A DNA stretch of 61,338 nt, filler included, from Pirum gemmata (GCA_002812295.1; 14 parts of 14 records of this genome joined end to end with filler, not necessarily neighbours in it); one strand, 5' to 3'; numbered from the whole stretch's first letter, positions 1 to 11,731 are shown. The notes: generated by a model not told the origin, from the sequence alone. A program made the numbers and translations.

Positions 1-426
1 ATATTGGGGAGAGCGCGCACGGGGGGGTGGGGGGGAGTGAATTGTTTATTTATTCAGGGTTTGCTCAGTGAAAAAGTTTTCTTTATTTTCGACGTAGTGG
101 GAACGGTGGGGATGGTGCATTGTTGTGGAAAATGTGTGTATGGATGTGGCTGTGTTTGTTAATGTGGTTGTTGTTGTTAATTTAAAATAAATATATATAA
201 TACGCGTGATTGTTGTCGTCGTCGTAGTGATGGTGATCATACACAGGTTAGCTATAATTTAAGTTTGTTTGGTTTTAATAATATATGATTGTGATTTTTG
301 TAGTTGTAGTTGTCTTGAGCTTAAGCTTGTACTTGCTTGCGATCAATCCATATGAATAATATTAACTGTTTATTATTAGTAGTATAACATTGAATGATTA
401 TTGAGATGGTGTTAATTTTGGATTTA

Positions 427-614
427 TATCGTGCTTTTCATTTATTTTGTCACTCCGAATATTTATTTGGTTGTTTATGATATTTAAACTGATACTTTTA
501 TAATAAATAAATATGTAATAGAATATATCAAATTTAATAAAATGGATTTATATTGTATTAATTTGGTACTATTTGTTGTATATTTTATGACGACAAAATA
601 ACTGAAAAGCACTA
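427..614. mobile_element. MITE family A (about 185-200 bp), TA-flanked, probably Tc1/mariner-type
   Basis: TIR TA-TCGTGCTTTTCA(T/G)TT(A/G)TTTTGTC ... GACAAAA(T/C)AACTGAAAAGCAC(G/T)A. About 15 copies or fragments in the window, including truncated copies at about 658-815 and 969-1118. Confidence 0.85.
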
Positions 615-1522
615 TCATATAAAAGGGAAAGGAAAGGAAATAATAAATTTATTATCGTCGTGCTTTTCTTTTATTTTGTCACTCCGAATATTTATTTGGT
701 TGTTTATAATATTTAAATTGATACTTTTAAATAAATAAATGTATAATAAAATATACCAAAATAAATGAAATGGGGTTATATTGTATTAATTTGGTACTCT
801 TTATTGTATACTTTAACACTAGATCTATATTATATAATAATATTAGACTATGATATAGACCTAGTCTAAATTATTTAATAATGCATTATGGAACTAGTCT
901 AGCTAGCTAGACCCGGTCTACTGGCAGATGTACGATGCATCTAGTCGATATCATGATGTAGACCAGTTTATTTGGTCACTCCAAATATTTATTTGGTTTG
1001 TTATGATATTTAAATTGACTATTTTAAATGAATAAATAGATAATAAATTATACCAAATTAAATGAAATGGATTTATATTGTATTAATTTGGTACTATTTA
1101 TAGCTGAAAAGCATGATATTATGATACTAGACTACTAGCTAGTAGGCTAGCTAGTCGTAGCTAGCTAGTGATATGATACTACTAGCTACCAGTAGCTATG
1201 GTGCAAACAATCAAAAAACGCCCAACTTTTTTTACTAGTTAAAAGTCCCACTTATTTTTATATAATATGTTTGAATATTTCAAATCTATTTAATAACTAT
1301 AGTAGCTAGCTGGAGATAGATAGAGACTATCGATAATTATCATAATAACTAATCGAACACTCGGATCGAACACTAACCTACTACCAGCTAGCTACTAGCT
1401 ATCATAGCTAGACTAGACTATTATCCCAGGCTTTGGGGCTTGCTAACCAGACCATTTTTTGCTGACTCATGATTGTACCCATGGCTGACTTTTTTTTTTT
1501 TTTTTTTTTTTATTTTTTTTTT

Positions 1523-1568
<46 letters not shown>

Positions 1569-3018
1569 CATTTTTTTTTTATATTATCATATTATGATAT
1601 TAAATCAAAAACTCCTTGGTATAAACCGTATAATGTATGTAATACTTTAAAAAAACATTAATGTTATGAATCTTATGATACTGTAGTCTGTTGTATTTTT
1701 TAAATGTACTAGTATCTGATAGTATCATAATGTATAATTGTATATTGACTATATATATTGTATGAAATTATAACAATTACTTATGTTTGATACAGTATAT
1801 ATGAATCATATGACCATTTTAGTATTTTACAGTTCATTTTACACTTTTGGGTTTGTTTCGCTCTGTTCCAATCACAATCATGACACTGAATCTACATAGA
1901 ATCTATCGACGCTTGAGCCTTGAGTATAGTGAATACTCACTGAACTTGTGACTGAAGAGTCACTGTCACTGAAGTCTGCTACATGCAGCTGAATCTTTTA
2001 TAAATAATTACTATGATAGCTGAATACTTTTTAAATTTCATTATTTTTTAAAAAATAATGAAATTTACAAAACACATGACACTATGATAATAAGTTCTGT
2101 AGTCTACTATCGTGTTTTTCCTAATTAATTAAAATAGTAATAATAATAGTAATAGTAATATTATAGTAATACTGTAATAGTAATAGTAATAGAAATAGAA
2201 ATAGTAATAATAATAGTAACAGTTATTATAGTAATAGTAATAGTAATAATAGTAATATTAATAATAATTATATAGTATACTTAATAGTATACGTGATAGT
2301 ATACGTAACAGTAACAGTGATGGTAGTGATACTAATACTAGCTAGTAATAGTAATGGTAATAGTAATAGTAACAGTACTAATTACCTACTGGTAATAGTA
2401 ATAATAGTAACAATAGTAATAATAATGCTAATACTAACAGTAATAGTAATAATAGTAATAATAATAGTAATACTAACAACAATATAGTAATAGTACTAGC
2501 GATAGTAACAGGGAGAGAAACAGATAGCAATAGCAATAGTAATAGTAATAGTAATAGTAATAGTAATAGTAATAGTAATAGTAATAGTAATAGTAATAGT
2601 AATATTTTTAGTAATAGTAATAGTAACTTTATGCGATAAAAAGTGATAAATGTGCGAATTCTGGACTTTAGAAATTCAGTTGCTATATTTAATTATATAT
2701 AGTAATAGTAATAATAATAGTAACAATATTAATAATAGTAATAATATTAATAATAGTATTAATACTAGTAATAATAATAGTAATAATATTTCATTATATA
2801 TAGTAATAGTAATAATAATAGTAACAATATAAATAATAGTAATAATAATAGTACTAGTAATAATAATAGTAATAATAATAGTAATAATAATAGACTGTAA
2901 TAGTAATAGTAATATTTTAATAATAGTGATAGTAATATTAATATAGTAATATTAATACTAATAGTAATTATAATAGTAATAGAAATATTAATAGTAATTA
3001 ATAGTAATAGTTATAGCT

Positions 3019-3120
3019 ATATGTGTTTTTCAATAGTGTTGTCCAGTTCAAAAACTGAAATAAACGTAGCAAATTATTATTATGGTTAAACTATCGGGCA
3101 TTTTTTAATTAATTTGGAAT
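3019..3120. mobile_element. MITE family B, left-half fragment (a right-half fragment lies in reverse orientation at about 3808-3950)
   Basis: Matches the start of the full copy at 39565-39764 (GTGTTTTTCAATAGTGTTGTCCAGTTCAAAAACTGAAATAAACGTA). Confidence 0.7.
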
Positions 3121-3431
3121 GTGCATACACGGAGTATACACGGGTTTTCTCAAGAGTCAAGACTACATAGTCTACGCCATCGATCGAGATACTTTGGTAC
3201 AATTTTTCAAATTCGTTCTTTCTTTTTTCTAACAGACTATCATACTAATAATAAAAGAAAAGAAAAGAAAAACTTTTATTTGAACTTTAGGAACTTTATT
3301 ATTAGTCCATTATGATAAAACAAAAATGACAAAATCTAATATATAGACCATCTATTTTTTTCTTTTTTTTCCTATGATATCAATCATACTTTAATATTGA
3401 TAAACTATTGACAAGTAGTGGGGTATGAATA

Positions 3432-3566
3432 CAAATACTACGTAACGCCAATTTCCGGTCAAATGCAGCTTCAAATACCCCCTACCTACCCACCCCTCGA
3501 CGTTGATTTCCGGTCAAATACCATCTACCTACCTACCCCTTGATGTGACGTATTATTTGAACGCGC
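3432..3566. mobile_element. MITE family C (PIF/Harbinger-like), degenerate ends
   Basis: Internal TTTCCGGTCAAAT...CCTACCTACC...CTTGA(C/T)GTGACGTATTATTTGAACG is shared with the copies at 11612, 13698, 26293 and 58686. Confidence 0.75.
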
Positions 3567-4163
3567 TAATAGCTGTTTTTCTAAAGAGAAATTTCATTTT
3601 TTTCAAGGAATGATAATATTCTGATAATATGCATAATATTATGAAAAAGGAAAAAAGTTTAAAAGAGATGATAAAAGGGGTTTTCTTCAGATTTGCTCAG
3701 ATTTGATATCACGATTTCGTTTTATGTCGCCCCCCCTCACGGTCTAAAAATTAAGATGTCGAGATGTAACGAGTTGGGCACGAATACCTACAATACTTCA
3801 AAACAATCAATCGTCTATTTCATTACAGTTGGTTGTCCTCTGGAGCTTGTTTGTATAAAATACAAAATTACTTATATAAAATACCAAATTAATCAAAACA
3901 TGTCTGAAAGTTTTACTAGTACTATAATAATAATTTGGTACATTTCTTTCAGTTTTTGAACTTGACAACATGGATATATTATTAAAATATATTATACCGA
4001 AAAGAGAGTCGTATTTCAAGTAATTCAACAATAAAATACCTTTGACTTCGATCTTCAGCTGATCCAGAAAGTCTACACGTAACACGTCACCATCTTGAGA
4101 GAAAAGTTTAAATTACAGTATGTTTTATGTTATGTTATTTATTTATTTATTTATTTATTTATT

Positions 4164-4263
4164 NNNNNNNNNNNNNNNNNNNNNNNNNNNNNNNNNNNNN
4201 NNNNNNNTTAATTAATTAANNNNNNNNNNNNNNNNNNNNNNNNNNNNNNNNNNNNNNNNNNNN
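4164..4263. other. Artificial scaffold spacer N44-TTAATTAATTAA-N44. Also at 8372, 12623, 16914, 21862, 26193, 30483, 34771, 40035, 44320, 48556, 52824 and 57091 (100 bp each)
   Basis: The same 100-bp block, with stops in all six frames, recurs every 4-5 kb. This is an assembly linker, not biology. Confidence 0.97.
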
Positions 4264-4303
4264 ATTATTATTATTATTTAAAGCGGTTTAGAGAATTAAT
4301 AAC

Positions 4304-4444
4304 CTCTTGCAATGGAGTTAAAACATGTTCAGCCACACTTTGAATGGACTCGCGACGCTGGATATTTATTGAATCGTCATAAAAAACATCGTCTGGACCC
4401 TGAGAAGGGTCCTGTAATTTCGAATATTTAGTTTCTTTACTCAT
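4304..4444 (-). CDS. Possible first exon of a hypothetical protein (MSKETKYSKLQDPSQGPDDVFYDDSINIQRRESIQSVAEHVLTPLQE)
   Basis: ATG at 4444, 47 open codons of ordinary composition, then a GT donor. The scaffold ends before any next exon. Confidence 0.4.
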
Positions 4445-6388
4445 ACTCTATGTCTTAAACCTCTTAAAATCAATCTTTCAGTTCCTTTAAGAACAACGTG
4501 TTTATAATTTTTGAAATATTTTTTCAAAGAAATGGTAATGGTAACAATGATAATGATAATGATAATGATAATGATAACTGATAACTTATAATTGATATTG
4601 ATAATGACAATGACAATGATAGATAATGAAAATGAAAATGAAAATGAAAATGAAAATGAAAATGAAAATGAAAATGAAAATGAAAATGATAATGATAATG
4701 ATAGTGTTGATGTTAATGTTAATGTTAATGTTAATGTTAATGATAATGATAACGATAATGATAATTGATAATTAATAATAATAACTGATGATGATGATGA
4801 TGATGATAATGATAATGATAATGATAATGATAATGATAATGATAATGATAATGATAAATGATATGATAATGATTATAATAATGATAAATAATAATAATAA
4901 TAATGATAAATGGTAAATATAAAGATAAAGATAATAATAAATGGTAAATATAAGATTAAGATGATGATAAAAGATAAAGGTAACAATGGTGATAACGATG
5001 TTTTATGGTTTTTTTTTTTAATTTATAGCCTATTTATCATTTTATTTATTTATTTTTGTTTTTGTTTTCTTCAGGCAAGTTTTTTCCAAAAGTTTTTTCC
5101 TAGTTTTTTTTTTCTACCAGTTTTTTTCAGTCTACCCATAGTTTCAGCCAATCAACTCTTCTACTGGTAGGTTTCAGCTGTTTTAGTCTAGATCTTTTTT
5201 TTTTTTTTTGAATCAAAATAATAATAAAAACTAGCAAACTAATTTATTTATAATAAAAAGGGATTAAAAATTATATTAAACGATACCAAAAAAATTATAA
5301 TTACGTACCAAATTTCAAATTCCCAAAAAAAATCCTCCCTCAAATCGTGGGCCAATTACTGGGCCTGTTAACTATATAAGCCTCTCTCAATTCTGCTCGA
5401 GCCCGAAAACTCGAATTTCTGCTGTCAAAAAAAAAAGCCGAATTTCAGCTCTGTTCGAAAATTATTTTTTAAATTTTTTCGGATATAAATAAATATACTT
5501 GAATATTTAGCGTTAGCTTAAAATTTTCAAACTTATTTAATTAACACAAGGCTCGAAAACTCGATTTTTAAACAAAGCGGAATTGGGAGAAACCTATACG
5601 AATATTAGGGGTATATTAGTGTTTTAACGTTAGTTAACGATTTTTTTTTACTAACTGTGGTTAGTGCTTCGTAAAAAAAAATCGAACGAGCTTTTTTTTG
5701 GGAACGAGTGAATGTTTTTTTTTGGTTAGTCCACTCAAATGCACTGACCACAGTTATAAAAAAAAGAGTAAACTAACGTTAGTTAGTGCATTTTTACGCA
5801 AATAAAAATATTTTTGAGAGATACATATGACGTCATCAATCAATTAATAAANNNNNNNNNNNNNNNNNNNNNNNNNNNNNNNNNNNNNNNNNNNNNNNNN
5901 NNNNNNNNNNNNNNNNNNNNNNNNNNNNNNNNNNNNNNAATGCCCTCTGAAATCTCATATAAAAAAGTTACATGTTCGAAAGTGAAAAAAAATCGATCAA
6001 AAAAAAACTGTGGTCAGTCAAAAAAAATTAATTAGTAAAAATGCACTAACTATTAGTAGTGTTTAATAGTAATGGGTATTTTTTTTAGTTGTTTTTAGAA
6101 ATATATTTATTTTTTTTAATAATACTATCGTCATAATATTATCGATATATCACTAGCATGTTTAATTACCATTATTATTATAAATTTAAATTTATTGACA
6201 TTTTGCATAATACTTTTGAAAGAAAAATTGTTTAAAGTTTTTATTTTTATGTTTTTTTTTAATTGTTTTTGTGTTTGTCTTTACCATTATTTTCCTAATT
6301 GAAAATAATTCGTAAAGTTTTTTTTTTAAAGTCAATTACTACTAATATAATCAAATTTTGCTACACACACTTCTGTTATTTTTAGGTT

Positions 6389-7912
6389 TTAGTTTTTCTG
6401 AGATTGAGATATTCTTTTCTGATGTCGGTGATTTTCCCAACTAAAGGCTTTTGGATCACTAGGCAATCCAGTTAAATCCACACCTGCCTCTGCCATTGCT
6501 TTTTGAAAACTAAGTAAACGAGCATCATCAAAGTCAAGAGATTGCGTTTGCATTATTTGTTTAATTTCTTCAGCTTTGCCACCCTCCAACTCTCTTACAT
6601 CTCCTACCACAATGTTGAGTTTTAAATTGAAGTTTTTACTAGTAAGCCCGTCTTCAACATTACTCAACAATGGTAATTGATCGACACTGTCATTTGATAA
6701 AAGAGATTTTTTCTGTTCATATTTTTTCATATTTTCCAACTGTGGTAATGGATTCAGGACTCTAACCGTAAAGTCTAAATTAGATTTTGATAAATCGTCA
6801 GGAATACTACTAGTGCTGCTACAACTACTACAACTAATACTACTAACATTACTAACGTTACTTTTACTATCGCATGTACATTCAAAACTATCCACACTAT
6901 TATTACACCAAGTTTGGTTTCCAAAACCTTTACCATCGTTATGGAAACCACTGGCCTGCATATGTTCTGATATCAATCTTTTGTATGCGTCTTGTTCTTT
7001 TCTTTCTTCTTCTTCCAATTGCCCAGGACTGCACCGACCTAACTGTATACTACTAGCACTTCTCATGTTACTAAAAGAGTCGGTTGATAGTAAATGGCAA
7101 GACCTAGCTAAGGGTAGTGGGTTATTTACCTTTTTTGAATTATTATTGTTGATTTCCACAGTTTTTGTTTTTCGGATATTGGTGAAAGATGTACGAGCCG
7201 AAGATTTTTCAATATCCTCTGGTTTTTGAATCATAGAAATCATTCTCTCATCTTGCCATTTGTTATTACCTAATTTTCCAAGTTCTTCTTGACCAAAGCC
7301 CATCGCTTCCATATGCTCTTTTATTAATTGTTGTGCTGTTAGCTCTTCGATTTCGTCCTCTTCATCTCTTTGTGTTCCTACTTTAACATCTGCTGAGTTT
7401 TTTCTACTCATATCGCCTGAAATAGTGGTAGTTATAATTAAATATAAATAATTAATTAACAATCAAAACTATTTAAAGTGCTGAATAGCAACAAATTTAA
7501 AAGGGAAAAAAAAAAAACTAAGCAAAAAACATTATATCGACATCATGTTATAATTAATATGACAAGCGCAGTACGTGGTGTGATTAGGGTGTAGGCGAGT
7601 GGGAATTGATTGGTTGTGATTTAAAATTGGTTAACATTTCAACAAGCCCAACAACAATTGATAATAATCATTGGGAAAGGGGAAGGGAGGTTGAGGGGTA
7701 ATGGATCAAAAGCCACACGCAAAAGCAACTGCGACATAATTATGAAATAAGACGAATGTGGTGATGATACCTATAGTTTTAGCTTCCTCGAAACCTGCTT
7801 CGATTAGCTGTTGCTTCAACGCTTCTCTTAGTATTGCTTCTTCTTCTTCTATATCTTTGGTCACAGAAGTTCTACCCAAATCTTCTGTGGGCTTCGTCCG
7901 AAACAGCCACAT
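6389..7912 (-). CDS. Two-exon gene (7912-7771, 7416-6389) with a C-terminal DUF2015/UPF0357-like domain
   Basis: A phase-1 intron (AG|GTATCA ... TTTCAG|GC) joins ORFs 7706..7912 and 6389..7462 in frame. The C-terminus VEDGLTSKNFNLKLNI..GDVR..EEIKQIMQTQSLDFDDARL..GVDLTGLPSDPKAFSW matches the DUF2015 pattern as I recall it. Confidence 0.75.
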
Positions 7913-8156
7913 CTTTAATAATATTTACGTTTTAATAACTTAATTACCACGCTAACTGTGATAGATCATGCGATCACAAATCAAGTTTCGCTTTAAACTT
8001 TTAGCCATATAATTGTAATGTATTTATTGTTGTAACTTTTTTTAAAAAAAATAATAATAAAATAAAATAAAAATAGCAGTAATACAGTTATGACTAACAA
8101 TAGTAATATTAAAAATAGCAGTAATGTAGTAATGCTTAATAATAGTAACAGTAACA

Positions 8157-8189
<33 letters not shown>

Positions 8190-8619
8190 CTAATGCTAAT
8201 GCTAATGCTAATGCTAATGATAATGATAATGATAAAGGCAATAATAATAATAATAGGGATAATAATAATTATTCTAATAATCATAATAGTGATAATAATT
8301 AGAATAATAATAATAATTAGAATAATTATAATTATATAATTATAATAACAATTATTATTATCCCTATTATTNNNNNNNNNNNNNNNNNNNNNNNNNNNNN
8401 NNNNNNNNNNNNNNNTTAATTAATTAANNNNNNNNNNNNNNNNNNNNNNNNNNNNNNNNNNNNNNNNNNNNAATTGTTGGGAAGTATTTAACTACTTCAT
8501 TATAAATCAATCTTGGTTGATTTACATATTTGTCTGCGGCTTCTGGTAATAGTTCGATTTTAACCGGTGAGAGTTTTTTTTCTGCTGTCTCGGTGTCCGA
8601 GTCATTTTTTCAACGCTGC

Positions 8620-8770
8620 TTTCGTGCTCTTGGGCTTGGATTAAAAACTACATTTCTTATCAAAAGTTGTTTTTTCAAACCACTCACTAATAAGACTAGT
8701 TTTTTGCTACGTACTATCTACGCAGGCTCCAAGAGGCAACTGGGTCCCTCCGGACATATCCGGAAGAACT
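8620..8770 (-). ncRNA. Putative Fanzor omegaRNA scaffold overlapping the ORF 3' end
   Basis: Minus-strand stems: GUUCUUCCGGA/UCCGGAGGGAC (11 bp, 2 G-U pairs), CUGCGUA/UACGUAG (1 G-U), ACUAGU/AUUAGU (1 G-U), and long-range CUCUUGG (within 8726-8738) with CCAAGAG (within 8625-8635). The position is as expected for omegaRNA. Boundaries are uncertain. Confidence 0.55.
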
Positions 8771-10509
8771 CGATTTATCGTTAAATATCTCAATAAAATA
8801 TTTCGAGCTGCATTTACATCTCTATCAGATATACACCAAAAAGTTTTGTTCGAACCTAATAAATAATTAATACTTCCACATTAATATTGTCCACATGTTT
8901 TCGAAGTATAAACCTCATCACACACTATTACTTTGCAACCATAGATTTCTGCTTTATGTAATAATCTATTACGAACTCCGCGTGAGCCCAAGTAAACATA
9001 CCCCGAACACTCTTCTTTTTTAACTTGCGTTTACTCTTTTTACCCATCTTCTTGCTTTCAAAGTGTGGAATTATTATGGTCTTATAAGTTCGGTATAACC
9101 AGGTACTTAATTTCTTATGTAACTCTCTGATTTTATATTTTATTTTGAACCTTAACTTAGTTATCGCTTTCTTTCGTTTGTTTTTCTTGGCTTTAAGGTC
9201 TTGGCTATCGACCTTCTTTTGTCCTGCCAATGAAAACAAATTGTTAAGATAATAATAACTATATATCGTAATCCTTTTCATTATCACTAATTAATCTATC
9301 TAGTTTTAATAATAACTTAAAGATATACTGCATATCATCCTTCCCCATTCACTAACTATTCCTTGGTTATCATAGGTTGTTTGAAAACTACGAATCCCTG
9401 GATCTAAAGCTACTACTCCACTACTACTACTGTGACTATAATCTTTAATAATAGGTTTATCTTCAACTATATTAAAATAGTAATCTTTAGTTTTAGTTTT
9501 AATAATTCTTACTGTACAGTTAGGCATAAAGCTGTTAATTGAACCATTGAATAGATTTTGTAAACTATGATAATAATCATCTTGATCAATATCTTGATTA
9601 TTTAGTGATTCATTACTAGTAAATTTTAACATCTTTGAATAAAAAACTTATACTGATTATTTTCACTCTTATTCCAATCTCTAGCTCTCACTTCAAATGA
9701 TTGTTGATTATCTTTCTTACTACGAAACTTAAACGTACAATTAGATAAATAAGCTTTTCGACCAGATTTTTTTTTTTTTTTGTTTACTAGCTTTTCCCCT
9801 CTCTCTTCTTGTTTATTTCCTTTCGCTAAATGCACTCCATAAACCTTATCAAAATCACTGATAGCAGAATCCCAAACATCATATGGAACACTATAAGAAG
9901 CAGTACCCACAAGCCCAGTTTTGTTTCGTTTAGCTTTATACTCGTCCGTAAAAAACCAAGGATACTCATTATAAAAACTATCACTTGTAAAGTATTTGCG
10001 AAGCTGATCTTTACTTAGTTGTTTCTTTGCTAATTCACATTGCACAATACATTGATTATAAACAAATCTACAAGTCCCAAACCATTGGTTTAATTTGGTT
10101 TGTTGGTAACTGGTCTTACAATGAAACTTAACTTTTTTCCCTCTCAAAGGATGTTCATAAGTAACTTTAGCTCGACCACTATTACTATTAGTTTTACTAT
10201 TATCAGGTTCCTTGAATAAATTATTTAGAGCATCATAATAGCTTGTGTTAGGTTTATAATAATTAGCATAAAGTTTATTATATTCATCAGCAGCCAATTT
10301 GTTATCGATAATAGCAGATAAATCACAATTAACGTCAGCAATAGTTTTAGATTGTTTTATTAATGTTGTAAACCATGTATTTTTGGTTAAGTTTTTAAGA
10401 TGTTGATTATTCTTACGATTATAAGGTTTTAAATTATCTTGAAAACAAGACCATAGTTGGTTTGTCCATGTTTAGTAAGGTCATTATGGTAAGGTATGTA
10501 ACCACACAT
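8707..10509 (-). pseudogene. Fanzor2 (eukaryotic TnpB-family RNA-guided endonuclease), disrupted
   Basis: Motifs in the expected order across frames: N-terminal IPYHN..QLW..NTWF; HTH KLNQWFGTCRFVYNQCI; FKFRSKKD; RuvC-I VVALDPGIRSF (D 9402-9404); ELHKKLSTWL..TIIIPHF; MFTWAHAEF; CDEVYTSKTCG (E 8914-8916); DRDVNAARNILL (D 8818-8820). Frameshifts near 10470, 9630, 9343 and 8975, an in-frame TAA at 8882-8884, and the second CxxC pair partly deleted. Confidence 0.92.
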
Positions 10510-10794
10510 TTTTTTTTTCACATTTTTTTTTATTATTAAATTCGATTTCTTTCAAAAAATAATTATCCTGCGTTTAGTCTATATACTTTTTTTTTTTTTA
10601 GTACTTTTTTACCCTGCGCTATAATAGAAAATACAAGTTTAATTACACAACACAACACAACAACACAACAACACAACACAACAACACAACAACACAACAA
10701 CACAACAACACAGCAAGACAGCAACACAACAACACAACAACACAACAACACAACAACACAACAACACAACAACACAACAACACAATTATTATTA

Positions 10795-11057
10795 TATTTT
10801 GCTTTTCATTTATTTTGTCACTCTGAATATTTATTTGGTTGGTTATAGTATTTAAATTGACATATTTAAATGAATAAATAGATAATAAAATATACCAAAT
10901 AAAATGAAATGGATTTATGTTGTACTAATTTGGTATTCTTTATTATATATTTTATAATCTGTTAAACCTGGGGATAACCACTACGCTAGCTTGATCAAGC
11001 TGGTGTAGTGGTTATCCCCAGGTTTAACAAATAACAAAACAACTGAAAAGCACGATA
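10795..11057. mobile_element. MITE family A copy interrupted by a 70-bp palindrome
   Basis: GCTTTTCATTTATTTTGTCAC ... ACAAAACAACTGAAAAGCACGATA, with extra sequence at 10959-11032. Confidence 0.8.
10960..11029. repeat. Near-perfect 70-bp palindrome (35-bp arms, no loop), probably a miniature fold-back element
   Basis: TGTTAAACCTGGGGATAACCACTACGCTAGCTTGA|TCAAGCTGGTGTAGTGGTTATCCCCAGGTTTAACA. Two mismatches. Flanked by a duplicated AAT/AT. Confidence 0.9.
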
Positions 11058-11611
11058 ACTTTAGAAACTTTTCAAACACATCATTTATAAAGGATTTTAG
11101 TTACCAATCACTTTTTGTTTTACAATTATAATATGATAAAAAAAAAACAATATTAATACACGAAGAGAAAGCCAATCCTGTGGCTTTTTTAACATTCGTT
11201 AGTCGTATCTTTGCAAAGGATTTTGATACTATTTTGATTTTTGACTTTTTCCATAGAATTTATTTTGTCTATTATGTCTAGTCACGTCAAGGGGTAGGTA
11301 GGTAGGTGCTATTTGATCGGAAAGTAATGTCGAGGGGTACGTAGGTAGGGGTATTTGAGTCTGTATTAAATTTTGACCTAAAGAATTTTTAACATTATTT
11401 CAATTGCAAGTAAAATAATAATGATAAAAATATCAATATTATTTTAATAATAATTAATAATAATAATAATAATAATTTATAAGACAAATTCAAACATATT
11501 AATTAATTATAAAGTCCAGAATTCACACATTTATTCACTTTTGTTGTGTGTTTGTGTATATATAATATTATATCAAATATGAAGGAGTGGGGCGAACATA
11601 AAAATTTTCAG

Positions 11612-11731
11612 ATAATACGTCACGTCAAGGGGTAGGTAGGTAGGTGGTATTTGACCGGAAATTAACATCGAGGGGTAGGTAGGTAGGGGTATTTGAAGCT
11701 GTGTTTGACCAGAAATTGGCGTTACGCTCCC
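11612..11731. mobile_element. MITE family C copy (another partial copy at about 11281-11378)
   Basis: ATAATACGTCACGTCAAGGGGTAGGTAGG...GGCGTTACGCTCCC followed by TAA. Confidence 0.75.

Noticed and set aside
4208..4219. Periodic TTAATTAATTAA motif every 4-5 kb as a biological repeat
   Set aside because: Always centred in exactly 88 Ns. It is an assembly linker, so no synteny can be inferred across it.
8530..8784. 84-aa plus-strand ORF beside the Fanzor as an accessory gene
   Set aside because: TTG start, no motif, and antisense to the Fanzor end and putative omegaRNA.
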